From the NCBI GenBank assembly GCA_037442425.1, contig JBBIQG010000004.1, forward strand, positions 20,036 through 84,035: 64,000 nt of DNA, in the 5' to 3' direction. Both the position numbers and the translations under genes were made by a program. Positions within the stretch are counted from its first letter, which is position 1; each line of letters starts with the position of its first letter. Positions 63,260 through 64,000 of this stretch are shown here, one piece after another. The stretch is from Acidobacteriota bacterium (lineage in GTDB: Bacteria > Acidobacteriota > Terriglobia > Acidiferrales > UBA7541). The notes below the pieces were generated by a model. The model was not told the DNA's origin and did not search any database. It saw only the letters and a list, made by a program, of their open reading frames with translations.

Positions 63260-64000
63260 GCCGACCACTGCGCGGAGAAGCGGTACTGATCACCGGAGCC
63301 GGCCAAGGCATCGGTGCGGCGACGGCGCTGGCCTTTGCCCGCGCCGGTGCCCATCTGACGTTGGTGGCGCGCACGATGGCTGATCTGGAACGGGTTGCGC
63401 GACAAGCAACCGAAGCTGGGGTGGAGGCCGTGCCGGTGGCCGGAGACGTCTCGGACGCGCGCGATGTGGACCGGTTTGTCCGCATCGCGCTGCAGCGCTA
63501 TGGACAGATGGACGTGGTGGTGAACTGCGCCGGGATCTACGGGCCGATCGGCCCGCTGGTCGAAAATGACATGGAGCAGTGGGCCCAAGCCGTAGCCGTC
63601 AATCTGGTGGGCACGGCGCGCGTGCTCCATCGTACCCTGCCCGTCATGATCGCTCGGCGCAAAGGCGTGGTGGTGAATTTTTCCGGTGGCGGCGCAGTGG
63701 CACCGTTCCCCAGGTTTTCGGCCTACAGCGCGAGCAAAGCGGCGGTGGTGCGCCTGACGGAGACCCTGGCCGAAGAGGTGCGCGAGTACGGCATCCGGAT
63801 CAACGCCATTGCCCCCGGAGCCGTGAACACCCGGCTGCTCGATCAGGTGCTGGCGGCCGGAGAGCGGGCCGGGGCGGCGTTCTATGCCAAGGCACTCGAG
63901 CAGAAACGAACGGGAGGCACGCCCGCTGAATGTGCCGCCGAGCTGGCCGTGTTTCTGGCGACGCCGGCGGCTGCCGGAATTACCGGCCGGCTGATCAGCG
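63256..64000 (+). CDS. Classical SDR oxidoreductase (FabG-like), 3'-truncated by the window edge
   Basis: AVLITGAGQGIGAATA (TGxxxGxG), NCAG, YSASKAAVVRLTE (YxxxK), INAIAPGAV. The ATGA overlaps the upstream stop. It is absent from the ORF track because there is no stop in the window. Confidence 0.8.
   Translation, partial: MSRPLRGEAVLITGAGQGIGAATALAFARAGAHLTLVARTMADLERVARQATEAGVEAVPVAGDVSDARDVDRFVRIALQRYGQMDVVVNCAGIYGPIGPLVENDMEQWAQAVAVNLVGTARVLHRTLPVMIARRKGVVVNFSGGGAVAPFPRFSAYSASKAAVVRLTETLAEEVREYGIRINAIAPGAVNTRLLDQVLAAGERAGAAFYAKALEQKRTGGTPAECAAELAVFLATPAAAGITGRLIS

Noticed and set aside
1-64000. Search for CRISPR arrays, tRNA/rRNA/tmRNA genes and long direct repeats
   Set aside because: Visual scanning found no regularly spaced repeats, no T-arm-like GTTCGAATC contexts with matching stems, and no rRNA-like segments. 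This was not an exhaustive computation. tRNAscan, Infernal and a repeat finder should be run to confirm.

Overview
High-GC (roughly 60-65% by eye) bacterial chromosome segment with no rRNA, tRNA or CRISPR array that I could recognise. It has three blocks. (1) Positions 1-26.8 kb are a polysaccharide region. It begins with a truncated IS5-family transposase at the left edge. A long minus-strand operon follows: Wzm/Wzt ABC exporter, CDP-glucose synthesis (rfbF), an SDR, an RfbC-like epimerase, GT2/GT-B transferases and a large polytopic membrane protein. A divergent plus-strand operon carries genes of the type described for PEP-CTERM/exosortase-associated EPS loci (GT2, FemAB-like, LuxR-like regulator, VanZ-LamG membrane protein, LMW-PTP). 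After it come convergent deacetylase and CelD-like genes, then glmS, a UDP-HexNAc-type dehydrogenase and an ArnT-like GT-C. (2) Positions 26.9-52.0 kb are mostly housekeeping: acetamidase, two secreted M24 peptidases, mtaB, acpS, pgeF, rlmN, an M16 peptidase, an MBL hydrolase, purB, efp, TlpA, cystathionine beta-synthase and a homocysteine-methyltransferase/MTHFR fusion. This block also contains two small decayed genes. (3) Positions 52.0-64.0 kb are a second EPS locus: PHP-type tyrosine phosphatase, FecR-like protein, Wza, Wzc tyrosine autokinase, a transaldolase-family gene, the priming phosphoglycosyl transferase, and a tightly coupled SDR / GHMP-kinase / UGDH-family / SDR operon that runs off the right edge. 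The observations I rate highest are these. The transaldolase + heptose-kinase-like + Cys-less UGDH-family set could be a higher-carbon sugar branch of the EPS pathway. Four correctly spaced sigma54 -24/-12 matches sit in the three AT-rich intergenic regions in front of the polysaccharide operons. Two of those regions share a 21-nt motif. The LuxR regulator has lost every phospho-acceptor residue. The CDP-sugar cluster has no visible 4,6-dehydratase. All functional calls come from reading the translations and recalling family motifs; no database search was run.
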